Source: Pyrodictium abyssi
GTDB lineage: Archaea > Thermoproteota > Thermoprotei_A > Sulfolobales > Pyrodictiaceae
DNA length: 32,000 bases
Reading direction: 5' to 3'
NCBI RefSeq assembly: GCF_036323395.1
Contig: NZ_AP028907.1
Span: 1,290,001 to 1,322,000, forward strand
This document shows positions 24,631 to 32,000 of the stretch, in pieces (positions within the stretch are counted from its first letter, which is position 1; each line of letters begins with the position of its first letter). Under the pieces are notes generated by a model. That model did not search any database. It was not told the origin of the DNA and saw only the letters and a list, made by a program, of their open reading frames with translations. Made by a program: the position numbers and the translations under genes.

Positions 24631-25155
24631 CTAGGAGTTGTCCTTCGCCGGCTGCTCTTCGGGCTTGAGCTCGGGCTTTAGCACCCATACCGGCTTGCTC
24701 TGCTTTGTCGTAGTGAACGGCTCCTCGACTACACGGAAGTCCTTGCGGAGGGGGTACACGTTCTCTGGCCAGTCTTCGGGCAGCAGTAGGTGGCGGAGGT
24801 CGGGGTTGCCCTCGAAGACTATGCCGAGCATCTCGTGCTCTTCTCTCTCCTGGAGCTGGGCCGCCGGGTAGACGTCGGATATCGTGGGTACGCGCGGGTT
24901 GTCGCGGGGCACGTGGACCTCCAGGGCTACTAGGTCTGAGGGGTTCTCGGCGCGGGTGAAGTGGTATACTACCCTTATCCTGCCCTGTTTCGGCTCGTCT
25001 ACGCCGCTGATCATTAGGAGGTAGTCGTACCCTGCGTCGCGCAGCGTCTCTGCAGCCTCCCGGAGGCGCTCCGGCTGGACGATAGCCACCGTGACGCCTT
25101 GCCGCTCCTCTATCCTGGCAGCTATGCCGCCGAGCAGCTCCTCGAGGCTAGGCAT
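24631..25155 (-). CDS. nuoC: NADH-quinone oxidoreductase subunit C (30 kDa), encoded on the opposite strand
   Basis: Complex1_30kDa pattern: VVYHFTR...VYPAAQLQEREEHEMLGIVFEGNPDLRHLLLPEDWPENVYPLRKDF. SD-like GAGGGGG lies upstream of the ATG on the minus strand. Confidence 0.88.
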   Translation of the reverse strand: MPSLEELLGGIAARIEERQGVTVAIVQPERLREAAETLRDAGYDYLLMISGVDEPKQGRIRVVYHFTRAENPSDLVALEVHVPRDNPRVPTISDVYPAAQLQEREEHEMLGIVFEGNPDLRHLLLPEDWPENVYPLRKDFRVVEEPFTTTKQSKPVWVLKPELKPEEQPAKDNS

Positions 25156-25248
25156 GCCTGCCAGCCCCCTCAGCTCTAGGGACGCGGGCTAGCGCCCCTC
25201 TATACGGGTTTGTTCGGCCGCTGTCGAGCAGCGTGAGTTTCAGGCAGG

Positions 25249-25260
25249 GTATAATATTTA
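25249..25260 (+). promoter_or_regulatory. TATA box (GTATAATATTTA) upstream of nuoD
   Basis: The most AT-rich element in the 243-nt nuoC/nuoD divergent intergenic region. A second AT-rich box, TAATATAC, is near 25308. A minus-strand TATA-like CCCGTATAGAG (25198-25208) lies about 45 nt upstream of nuoC. Confidence 0.5.
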
Positions 25261-25398
25261 ATGCCGTGGCCTCAGCGGGTTTTGTCTCTGAGGATACGTG
25301 CTCGATGTAATATACTGCTCTCGTCGAGCTGCGTCGAGCCGCTGTTTCGTCGATCGTGCAAAGGTGTGTCCGGCGTGGCGGCGCTAAAGCTGCCGGGC

Positions 25399-26583
25399 AT
25401 GATTGCTAGGGATACTGGCAGCCGTGAGGGCTACCGGGTAGTAGAGCTGTTCATCGGGCCGCAGCACCCCGCCTCTGGGCACATGAGGCTCATAGTGTAC
25501 CTGGACGGCGACGTAGTGGTGAGGGTTGACCCGGATATAGGGTACGTGCACCGCACTATGGAGAAGCTTGCCGAGCAGAGGGAGTACGTGCGGGTTATAA
25601 GCCTCCTGGAGCGAATGACCATTATAGACGCGTGCAACGTGACACTCCCCTACGTCGAGGCCGCGGAGAGGCTCCTCGGCGTAGAGCCGCCTCCCCGGGC
25701 GCGCTACCTCCGCACGATCCTCTGCGAGGTAAACCGCATAGCTAGCCACCTCTACGGCCTCGGCATAGGCGGGATATTCCTCAACCACTCCACCATGTAC
25801 ATGTGGGCCTTCGGGGACCGAGAGGTCTTCGTCCACCTCGCCTCCATGCTCACCGGCTCTAGGCTCACCCATACCTACCCCATACCCGGCGGTGTCCGGC
25901 GGGACCTCCCCCAGGCGTTCAGGGACGAATTCGAGAAGGCTAAGCGCTACATGCTGCGCCGCCTCCGAGAGTACGACAAGGTGTTCTTTAATAACCCTGT
26001 GGTCCGCGGCAGGCTCGAGAACGTTGGCGTGCTTCCCCGGCACCGCGCAGTAGCCCTAGGCGTCACGGGGCCAAACCTCCGCGCCAGCGGAGTACGCTAC
26101 GACGCAAGGCTCCTGGGCTACGCCGCCTACAAGGAGCTAGGCTACGAGCCGGTGGTCGGAAGCGAGAGCGACGCGCTGGAGAGGGTATGGGTCCGCCTCC
26201 GCGAGATAGAGGCAAGCCTCGAGCTGATAGAGAGGGCCCTCAGGGAGATGCCGGAGGGCCCCATAATGGCTGAGCAGTATACACGCGCAGTCCCGCCGGC
26301 TATGAAGAAGTGGTTTGAGAGGGGCAGGGTGAAGCTGCCCGGCGGCTATGTGAGGCTGAAGACCCGGCCCGGCGAGACCGTGTCGCGCGGCGAGATGGGC
26401 CGGGGCGAGATAACGTACTTCCTCGTCAGCGACGGCGGGATGAAGCCGTACCGGCTGCGTGTCGTAACCCCTAGCGCCCGTAACGTGGTCTTGTTCGACG
26501 CGCTAGCCCGGGGCCACACGCTGATGGACCTCCCGGCGATCTACGCTAGCATAGACTACTTCCCTCCCGAGGCAGACCGCTAG
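25399..26583 (+). CDS. nuoD: NADH-quinone oxidoreductase subunit D (49 kDa)
   Basis: LFIGPQHPASGHMRL near the N-terminus, ERMTIIDACN, and C-terminal TPSARNV...IYASIDYFPPEADR. The ORF is open from 25261 and covers the TATA box, so a later start is needed: ATG 25399, or GTG 25375 preceded by GGTG. Confidence 0.88.
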   Translation: MIARDTGSREGYRVVELFIGPQHPASGHMRLIVYLDGDVVVRVDPDIGYVHRTMEKLAEQREYVRVISLLERMTIIDACNVTLPYVEAAERLLGVEPPPRARYLRTILCEVNRIASHLYGLGIGGIFLNHSTMYMWAFGDREVFVHLASMLTGSRLTHTYPIPGGVRRDLPQAFRDEFEKAKRYMLRRLREYDKVFFNNPVVRGRLENVGVLPRHRAVALGVTGPNLRASGVRYDARLLGYAAYKELGYEPVVGSESDALERVWVRLREIEASLELIERALREMPEGPIMAEQYTRAVPPAMKKWFERGRVKLPGGYVRLKTRPGETVSRGEMGRGEITYFLVSDGGMKPYRLRVVTPSARNVVLFDALARGHTLMDLPAIYASIDYFPPEADR

Positions 26584-26595
26584 GAGGGGCTCGGC

Positions 26596-27612
26596 ATGGT
26601 GTTCGAGGCGGTAGCAGGCCTGCTAGGCGCGCCGGAGTGGCTCGTACGGGCTGTGTTCGCGCCCCTAGTCTACCCTGGGCTGCTCACCTTCACGTTTATG
26701 GCTCTCTTCCTGATCTGGGCCGAGCGTAAGATAGCCGCTAGGGTCCAGATGAGGGTCGGCCCATACTACGTGTCGCCGCGCCTCCACGGCGCGCTGCAGA
26801 TGATAGCTGATGGCGTGAAGTTCGCCTTCCAGGAGATAATAGTGCCCCTGGAGGCCGAGAAGTGGAGCTTCATACTCTCCCCGATACTGGCCTTCACCAT
26901 AGTCGCGCTCTCGTTCACAGTGGTGCCCGGCGGGCCCGGCGTCTACGGGTTCCAGACAGAGTTCAGCATACTCGTGGCATACGCCCTCATAACCATAGCG
27001 CCGATACTCACCATAATAATGGGCTGGGCGTCGTCCAACAAGTTCGCCTACATAGGCGCCGGCCGCGAGGCACTGGTCTCCATCACCGGCGAGGCCACGA
27101 TACTGGCCTCGATGCTCGCCGCCGCTATGATGTACGGTGTACTCGACTTCACATCGGTAGTAGAGAAGCAGATCAGCACCGGCGTCATCGGGCTCGTGGC
27201 CAACCCTATAGCCGCGCTACTCTTCTTCATAGCCGCACTCCTGGCCACAGACCGCGTGCCCTTCGACCTGGTGCTAGGCGAGCAGGAGATCGTGCAGGGC
27301 CCCTACACGGAGTACAGCGGCCTACTCTTCGCGTTAACTATGGCGATAGACTATGCTAAGCTCTACGTGCTCATGCTGATGTTCACGCACCTCTTCCTGG
27401 GCGGCTGGATGCCCTTCACAGACCCTCTGCTAGGCAGCCTGGCCGTACTAGCCAAGACCACCTTACTACTGCTGCTGGCCGTGTTCCTGAGGGCCGTGTA
27501 CGCTAGGATGAGGCTAGACCAGGTAGCCGCGTTCTTCTGGGCCCGCCTATTCCCCCTCGCACTCATAGCCTTCGCGGTCTCGGCTATAGTCCATCAGCTC
27601 TATGCGGGGTAG
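26596..27612 (+). CDS. nuoH: NADH-quinone oxidoreductase subunit H (ND1-like)
   Basis: AERKIAARVQMRVGP, DGVKF, and FDLVLGEQEIVQGPYTEYSG (conserved PFD..E.ESEL-like loop). About 8 TM helices. SD AGGAGGGG lies before the ATG. Confidence 0.9.
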   Translation: MVFEAVAGLLGAPEWLVRAVFAPLVYPGLLTFTFMALFLIWAERKIAARVQMRVGPYYVSPRLHGALQMIADGVKFAFQEIIVPLEAEKWSFILSPILAFTIVALSFTVVPGGPGVYGFQTEFSILVAYALITIAPILTIIMGWASSNKFAYIGAGREALVSITGEATILASMLAAAMMYGVLDFTSVVEKQISTGVIGLVANPIAALLFFIAALLATDRVPFDLVLGEQEIVQGPYTEYSGLLFALTMAIDYAKLYVLMLMFTHLFLGGWMPFTDPLLGSLAVLAKTTLLLLLAVFLRAVYARMRLDQVAAFFWARLFPLALIAFAVSAIVHQLYAG

Positions 27613-27620
27613 ACCGTGCC

Positions 27621-28136
27621 TTGGCCCCTAGGCTCACCGAGCCCCGGAGGAGGCGGCCCCGGGTAAACCCGGTACGGGGCCACCTAGAGGCCATACTAGC
27701 CGCTGCTAGGCAGATGCTACGGCCCCCAATCACGCTGAGATACCCGGACGTAGAGGAGGCCCGGCCCGAGCACTACCGGGGGATAATACTCTTCGACTAC
27801 GACAAGTGCATAGGCTGCACACTATGCGCCCAGATATGCCCCTCAAGGGCCATCAAGATGTACAGGGTGCCCGGCGACAAGAGGATGCGCCCAGGCTATG
27901 ACATAGGCCGCTGCATCTTCTGCGGCTTATGCACAGACATCTGCCCCACGGACGCCCTGGAGACGAGCATCGTGCACGACAAGTCCTTCGAGGACGTAGA
28001 GTCTATGGACCTTGACCCCGTGGACTGGGCGCTCTACTCCAGGAAGCTCCGCGAGGAGATAGCTAGCCCCCGTAAGCCCCGCGTAAAACCAGTAGTAGAC
28101 GAGGAGGTGGGGCTCCGCTATGAGCCTGCAGGCTAG
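27621..28136 (+). CDS. nuoI: NADH-quinone oxidoreductase subunit I (2 x [4Fe-4S] ferredoxin)
   Basis: Two CxxCxxCxxxCP motifs: CIGCTLCAQICP and CIFCGLCTDICP. TTG start. ATG 27714 is an alternative. Confidence 0.85.
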   Translation: MAPRLTEPRRRRPRVNPVRGHLEAILAAARQMLRPPITLRYPDVEEARPEHYRGIILFDYDKCIGCTLCAQICPSRAIKMYRVPGDKRMRPGYDIGRCIFCGLCTDICPTDALETSIVHDKSFEDVESMDLDPVDWALYSRKLREEIASPRKPRVKPVVDEEVGLRYEPAG

Positions 28137-28638
28137 CCTCTTAGACGCGGCTATAGCCACGTCGCTAGCCGCCGTAGCCGCCGGCTCTGTCGGCGCCGTC
28201 ATCGCCAGGAAGACTGTGCATAGCGTAGCATGGCTCGTCATAGCATCGCTGGGCGTAGCCTCGATATTCGCCCTACTGGGCTACGGCTACCTATCCGTCT
28301 TCCACATAGTGGTCTACGTCGGCACCAGCGTGACGCTACTAGCCATAGTGGTGATGATGCTCGGCTGCAGCATGGAGCCGAGAGTCTGGAAGCCTGGCAG
28401 GCTAATACTAGCGTTCTTCGCCGCTGCTGCGCTCGAGGCACCGCTAGCGCTCCACGCGCTCAGCAACCCGGTGAGCACCAGCGAGATAGCTGGCAGGGGC
28501 CTCGGCTTCGAGAGGGCCTCAAAGATGCTCATCGACTGCTGGATATGCACGCTACTCATGATAGTGACTGTGGCCGCTGTGCTGGTCGAGGCCATAGCTA
28601 TAGCTCGGGGCCGCTGGGCTGGGCCCCGAGGCGAGTAG
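28120..28638 (+). CDS. nuoJ: NADH-quinone oxidoreductase subunit J (ND6-like)
   Basis: Hydrophobic 172-aa protein with ARKTVHSVAWLVIASLGVASIFALLGYGYLSVFHIVVYVGTSVTLLAIVVMML. SD GGAGGTGG lies 10 nt upstream. It overlaps nuoI by 17 nt. Confidence 0.8.
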   Translation: MSLQASLLDAAIATSLAAVAAGSVGAVIARKTVHSVAWLVIASLGVASIFALLGYGYLSVFHIVVYVGTSVTLLAIVVMMLGCSMEPRVWKPGRLILAFFAAAALEAPLALHALSNPVSTSEIAGRGLGFERASKMLIDCWICTLLMIVTVAAVLVEAIAIARGRWAGPRGE

Positions 28639-28711
28639 CACCCGCCCGCTGCCTGTAGCGTAGGGTTTTTCGCCCACACCGCAGGGCCCGGTGCAAGACC
28701 ATCCACGGAAG

Positions 28712-29038
28712 ATGGTGGGCACAGTGGAGGGTACGACGCTGGCAGTACTCGTGTACCTAGCTGCGCTGGTCTCCAGCATGGCCGGGATATACGGCGTGAT
28801 GACAGCCCGTAGCATAGTTAAGCTCCTCATATCGATAGAGATACTCTTCAACTCTGTCGTGCTCACCGCGTCCTACATAGGCGTAGTCACTGGCGCGGAC
28901 CCCGGGTTCTATAGCCTCCTCCTCGCAACCATAGTCCTCACTATAGCCGAGATAGCCATAGTCGCTGCGCTCCTCATCCTCGTGTACCGCGAGAAGAAGA
29001 ACCTCAGTACAGACCTCCTCACAGAGATCAAGGGGTGA
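28712..29038 (+). CDS. nuoK: NADH-quinone oxidoreductase subunit K (ND4L-like)
   Basis: Three TM helices, with LLISIEILFNSVVL matching the conserved E-containing helix of NuoK. ATG 28712 is chosen; GTG 28691 is also possible. Confidence 0.8.
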   Translation: MVGTVEGTTLAVLVYLAALVSSMAGIYGVMTARSIVKLLISIEILFNSVVLTASYIGVVTGADPGFYSLLLATIVLTIAEIAIVAALLILVYREKKNLSTDLLTEIKG

Positions 29039-29045
29039 AGACGCC

Positions 29046-30554
29046 GTGGAGGAGTACGTGCTCGGGTTCCCACTGCTATGGGCTAGCGTCCTAGCACCCC
29101 TAGCCTCGGGTGTAGTCAGCGGTATCTACGCCGAAAGCCTCGGGAAGAGGAGCCAGGTGCTGCTAACCGCTGCTAGCTGGCTGGCATCGCTGTTGTTCCT
29201 CGCGCCGGCTGCCGCTGCTGCACTGAACGGCAGCATAGTCGTCGACCCCGTCTGGGCCAGGGTACCCGGCGTCGGCGTGTTTAGCATGTTCCTCGACTCT
29301 GTGGGGGCGGTGCTCGCGCTCACAGTGGCGGCTGTGAGCCTCCTCGTCGCGCTGTACTCTGCACCGTACATGGAGCACCGGTTCGAGGAGATAGGCGCTA
29401 GCGGGAAGAGCTGGGGCATCTACTACCTGCTCTACCAGCTCTTCACCGCCGGCATGCTCGGCTCCGTGCTGGCCGGTAACGGTGTGCTCTTCTACCTGTT
29501 CCTCGAGCTCACGCTGATACCCAGCGCGCTCCTCATAGTCCTCTACGGGTACGGCGACAGAATACGCGTGGGCCTAATCTACCTCGTGTGGACCCACGTC
29601 GGCGCCCTCCTATTCCTGCTAGGACTCTTCCTCGCCAAGGCCTACGACTACTACGTGCCCGGGGCAGGCTACGCTGTGGGCGCTGGCGGCGACAGGCTTC
29701 TGCCCCTAATACTCGTGGTACTCGGCCTCGGCATGAAGTCCGCGCTGGCTGGCCTACACCTCTGGCTCCCATACGCGCACGCCGAGGCCCCGACGCCGGT
29801 ATCGGCGCTGCTGTCCCCACTCCTCATAGGGATAGGCGGCTACGCCATGCTGCGTGCTGGCCTCGGCCTATTCCCCGAGGCGTGGCGCGAGCTAGGCATG
29901 GCGCTCTTCATCTGGGCTGTCGCCACCATGCTCTACGGTGGCTTCCTCGTACTAGCCCAGAGGGACGTGAAGAGGCTATTCGCCTACAGCAGCATCTCGC
30001 AGATGGGCTACATGCTGCTCGGCCTCGCCGTGGCCAACCCCCTGGGAGAGGCCGGCGCCATGCTGCACTACGTCGCGCACGCTCTGGGGAAAGCCATCCT
30101 CTTCGGGGTAGCCGGCGTCTTCATAGTGGGGCTGGGCACGCGGAAGCTGGAGGACCTAGGCGGGCTCCTATCGCGGATGCCATACACCGCTGCTGTCTCG
30201 CTGCTAGGCTTCATGCTGATAGCCGGTCTGCCGCCTACGCTCGGCCTGTGGAGCGAGGTCTACTTGGTCTTCGGGTTCGCCGACTGGGCTAAGGCCTACG
30301 GGCCCGGCGTGTTTGTGCTACTAGCAGCTGCCACCGCTGCTGCTATGACGCTTACCGCTGTCTACAGCTTCCTAGCGTTCAAGAACATGTTCCTCGGCGC
30401 ACCTGGGCCGGCTCATGAACGTGCCAGCGAGGTCCGCGTGGGAGGGCTGCTAGCGCCGCTACTTGTGATGGCCGTCCTGGGCGTCGTGTTGTTCCTCGTG
30501 GTGGGCGCTATAGCCGGCCCGATGCTGGAGACTATGAAGCTTGTCTACAGCTAG
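29046..30554 (+). CDS. nuoM: NADH-quinone oxidoreductase antiporter-like subunit, NuoM type
   Basis: GLHLWLPYAHAEAPTPVSALL (WLPDAHVEAPT pattern of NuoM/ND4), GGYAMLR, AYSSISQMGYMLLG. SD GGGGTGAAG lies before GTG 29046. Confidence 0.75.
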   Translation: MEEYVLGFPLLWASVLAPLASGVVSGIYAESLGKRSQVLLTAASWLASLLFLAPAAAAALNGSIVVDPVWARVPGVGVFSMFLDSVGAVLALTVAAVSLLVALYSAPYMEHRFEEIGASGKSWGIYYLLYQLFTAGMLGSVLAGNGVLFYLFLELTLIPSALLIVLYGYGDRIRVGLIYLVWTHVGALLFLLGLFLAKAYDYYVPGAGYAVGAGGDRLLPLILVVLGLGMKSALAGLHLWLPYAHAEAPTPVSALLSPLLIGIGGYAMLRAGLGLFPEAWRELGMALFIWAVATMLYGGFLVLAQRDVKRLFAYSSISQMGYMLLGLAVANPLGEAGAMLHYVAHALGKAILFGVAGVFIVGLGTRKLEDLGGLLSRMPYTAAVSLLGFMLIAGLPPTLGLWSEVYLVFGFADWAKAYGPGVFVLLAAATAAAMTLTAVYSFLAFKNMFLGAPGPAHERASEVRVGGLLAPLLVMAVLGVVLFLVVGAIAGPMLETMKLVYS

Positions 30555-30585
30555 AGCCCCATGGGCTGGCTCGGGGTGAAGCGCC

Positions 30586-32000
30586 GTGGAGGCTGCTGGG
30601 CTGGCGGCTGCTGCGGCCGTGGCCTCCGGCTATGCCGCTGCCTTCCTAGCGCTGGTGCTGACGGTCCTCGGCGCCGGGTGGAGGACGATAGCGTGGACTG
30701 GTGTAGCGGGGACCGCAGCTGCCGCCGCTTTCTCCTGGCTTGCGCTCCTCCAGGGCGAGGGTAGGGTGGCCTACCCGTGGGTGCCCGGGCTTGGGGTCGA
30801 CCTGGCGCTACGGGTCGACATGCTCTCGGGGATCGTGGGGGCTGTTGTCGCTACTCTTAGCCTGCTCATAGCGCTGTACAGCGTGGAGTACATCGGGGAG
30901 TGGGGTGCTGCGAGGTACTGGCTCTTCTACAGCTTCTTCGTAGCCAGTATGCTGCTCCTAGTATACGCCGACGACCTGGTGGTCATGTTCATAGGCTGGG
31001 AGGGCACCGGGCTCGCTAGCTGGGCTCTCATAAGCTTCTACTACGACGACCGGGAGGAGGCCTGGGTAGGCGACCCTGGGCGTAAGAGGCTAGGCGTGCC
31101 GATGTGGTTCACTCCGACGCATAGCGGGCTCCGCGCCATCTCGTTCACAAGGGTAGGCGACATGGCTATGCTGATAGGCATAGGCCTGGTGGCCGCCGTG
31201 TTGGGCTCTACTAGTATCTCCGCTATGGAGGAGCGTGCCTCCTGGCTGCTCTCTGAGCTCAACATGAGAGGGCTTGTCGCCGCCTGGATAGCGTTCTTCT
31301 ACCTAGGCGCGTTGGCGAAGAGCGCGCAGTTCCCCTTCCACGAGTGGCTCGTGACGGCTATGACTGGCCCGACGTCTGTGTCTGCGCTGATACACGCCGC
31401 CACCATGGTCAAGGCTGGTGTATACTTCGCGCTGAGGTTCACCCCGGCCGTAGCCGCGGAGCTCGCGCTCCTCCACGGCACAGGCCTCGGGGTCTACGAG
31501 GCTATGGCGTGGATAGCCCTGCTCACCGCGTTCTCGACAGCATCCATGGCCATAGTGGCTAGGGAGCTGAAGCTTATACTAGCCTTCTCCACTGCTAGCC
31601 AGCTCTCCTACATGATGGCCGCCGTCTTCGCGGCAGCCGCTGCGGGCGACCCCAGTCTAGGAAGCCTCGGCGGCCTAGCCCACCTCGTCTCCCACGCCGT
31701 GTTCAAGGCCGCGCTCTTCCTCGCCGCTGGCGCCGTTATACACGAGGTGCACAGCCGCTACGTGACGGACATGGGCGGCCTACGCCGCTACATGCCCTAC
31801 ACGTTCGCCGCGATGCTGCTCGCCGGGCTGAGCCTAGCCGCTCTGCCGCCGTTCTCCGGCTGGTGGACAAAGGACCTAGCCGTCCAGGCCATCAGCCTGC
31901 TCGGCGGCAGGGCGAGTATGGTGGCGCTAGCCACGGCCGTGCTGACAGGGTTCTACACCATAAGGATGCTGTACTACGTCTTCCTCGCCCCGCCGAGGCG
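30586..32000 (+). CDS. nuoL: NADH-quinone oxidoreductase antiporter-like subunit, NuoL type (3' partial, runs off the window)
   Basis: Absent from the ORF track because there is no stop in the window. My own translation from GTG 30586 stays open to 32000. It contains GWEGTGLASWALISFYY, KSAQFPFHEWLVTAMTGPTSVSALIHAATMVKAGVY and AFSTASQLSYM, all NuoL/ND5 hallmarks. The same SD/start context as nuoM is present. Confidence 0.85.
   Translation, partial: MEAAGLAAAAAVASGYAAAFLALVLTVLGAGWRTIAWTGVAGTAAAAAFSWLALLQGEGRVAYPWVPGLGVDLALRVDMLSGIVGAVVATLSLLIALYSVEYIGEWGAARYWLFYSFFVASMLLLVYADDLVVMFIGWEGTGLASWALISFYYDDREEAWVGDPGRKRLGVPMWFTPTHSGLRAISFTRVGDMAMLIGIGLVAAVLGSTSISAMEERASWLLSELNMRGLVAAWIAFFYLGALAKSAQFPFHEWLVTAMTGPTSVSALIHAATMVKAGVYFALRFTPAVAAELALLHGTGLGVYEAMAWIALLTAFSTASMAIVARELKLILAFSTASQLSYMMAAVFAAAAAGDPSLGSLGGLAHLVSHAVFKAALFLAAGAVIHEVHSRYVTDMGGLRRYMPYTFAAMLLAGLSLAALPPFSGWWTKDLAVQAISLLGGRASMVALATAVLTGFYTIRMLYYVFLAPPR

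Noticed and set aside
25261-25398. N-terminal extensions of track ORFs: 4392-4523 (permease), 19043-19153 (queD), 19476-19538 (queE), 21013-21138 (TrxR-like), 23902-23952 (nuoB) and 25261-25398 (nuoD).
   Set aside because: The extensions overlap upstream genes or promoter boxes. They are compositionally odd (Arg/Gly/Pro-rich) and exceed the canonical N-termini of their families. Internal starts give normal protein lengths.
30561-30764. Track ORF of 67 aa (MGWLGVKRRGGCWAGGCC...).
   Set aside because: It is in the wrong frame over the nuoL 5' end. The overlapping frame from GTG 30586 carries the NuoL signatures and an SD.
1-32000. Scan for tRNA/rRNA genes, CRISPR arrays, and IS, transposase or integrase genes.
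   Set aside because: No T-loop (GGTTCGAATCC/GGTTCAAATCC-like) sequence lies in non-coding DNA. No regularly spaced 24-40-nt direct repeats are present. No recombinase-like ORF is present. The only tandem repeats are the 3 x 15-nt array at 17569-17613 and the Thr-codon repeats inside coding linkers.

Overview
GC-rich window (hand counts about 65-72% in most genes). It is densely coding and looks archaeal, most like a hyperthermophilic crenarchaeon of the Desulfurococcales/Aeropyrum type. The taxon call is inference only. It rests on a Nuo cluster with no nuoEFG in the window, a class III (pilin-type) signal peptide, an Arch_ATPase/DUF234 gene, TATA-box promoters with short or absent leaders, GGAGGTGA-type SD sites inside operons, and heavy ATA/AGG/CTA codon use.

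Gene content, left to right:
- hypothetical coiled-coil protein
- NUDIX hydrolase
- orphan type IV pilin-like protein
- hypothetical protein
- membrane-anchored GH114-like glycosidase split by a frameshift
- APC amino-acid permease
- Fe/cobalamin-type ABC importer (binding protein, FecCD permease, ATPase)
- Dpp/Opp-type peptide ABC locus (divergent binding-protein gene plus BCDF), with clearly lower GC
- Fe-S HhH-GPD DNA glycosylase
- QueE/NrdG-like radical SAM protein
- Arch_ATPase/DUF234 protein
- queD-queE
- prephenate dehydratase
- atypical thioredoxin-reductase-like flavoprotein
- GcvH
- PAP2 phosphatase
- nuoA-B-(C inverted)-D-H-I-J-K-M-L, with nuoL running off the 3' end and absent from the ORF track

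I found no tRNA, rRNA, CRISPR array, transposase or integrase.

Most notable observations:
- The peptide-binding protein looks circularly permuted.
- nuoC is inverted and the order is nuoM before nuoL.
- Two genes are disrupted by single-nucleotide frame problems at G-runs. One sits next to a 3 x 15-nt tandem repeat.
- A second radical SAM gene and a GC-rich leader lie next to queDE.
- The TrxR-like protein lacks the NADPH motif.

All family calls come from motifs read by eye. No database search was run, and start codons are often ambiguous.
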